Made by a program: the position numbers and the translations under genes
The notes under the pieces: generated by a model
Database searches by the model: none
Seen by the model: the letters and a program-made list of their open reading frames with translations, nothing else
What the model was told of the DNA's origin: nothing
Assembly: GCF_018350175.1 (NCBI RefSeq)
Contig: NC_058368.1
Span: 162,628,001 to 162,692,000, forward strand
Direction: 5' to 3'
DNA length: 64,000 nt
Source of the DNA: Felis catus
Taxonomy: Eukaryota
Part shown: positions 63,900 to 64,000 of the stretch, one piece after another
Layout of the letters: every line of letters begins with the position of its first letter
Numbering within the stretch: position 1 is the first letter of the stretch

Positions 63900-64000
63900 A
63901 TGAGGAAGACAGAAAAAGGCGCCAAAGATGTCTATATCTTAATTCCTGAAACTGTCTATAACTTAACTTCTGAAACTGTGAATATTTTACCTTACATATT
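63900..64000 (+). mobile_element. MLT1D-like LTR 5' start, running off the window
   Basis: 'ccaaagatgtctatatcttaattcctgaaac...tgtgaatattttaccttacat'. Confidence 0.7.

Overview
This is AT-rich mammalian genomic DNA, almost certainly from a felid: it carries about 16 tRNA-derived Can-SINE/SINEC copies, two of them the young CpG-rich cat type, plus carnivore L1s. I found no credible protein-coding exon, RNA gene or CpG island, so it reads as gene desert or a large intron. It is a layered mosaic of L1, SINEC, L2, MIR, MaLR/ERVL and one ERV1-like solo LTR. The standout is a ~3.17 kb two-armed compound satellite at 1784-4955. A ~1.78 kb almost pure-pyrimidine (TTTC)n/CCCTCTCTCCCTCCCTC arm is joined through a 2-nt spacer (TG, 3561-3562) to a ~1.39 kb almost pure-purine arm of the same repeat in reverse orientation, forming a giant imperfect palindrome. 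It sits inside an old L1 ORF2 whose flanks are colinear but lack roughly 0.7 kb. The four >1000-aa ORFs there are stop-free by-products of this repeat, not genes. Other notable items are a twin-primed 5'-inverted L1, a near-full-length L1 with apparent non-L1 ends, a candidate 3' transduction and an LTR nested in an LTR. Repeat family names come from my recall of consensus motifs, not from a database search, and most boundaries are approximate.
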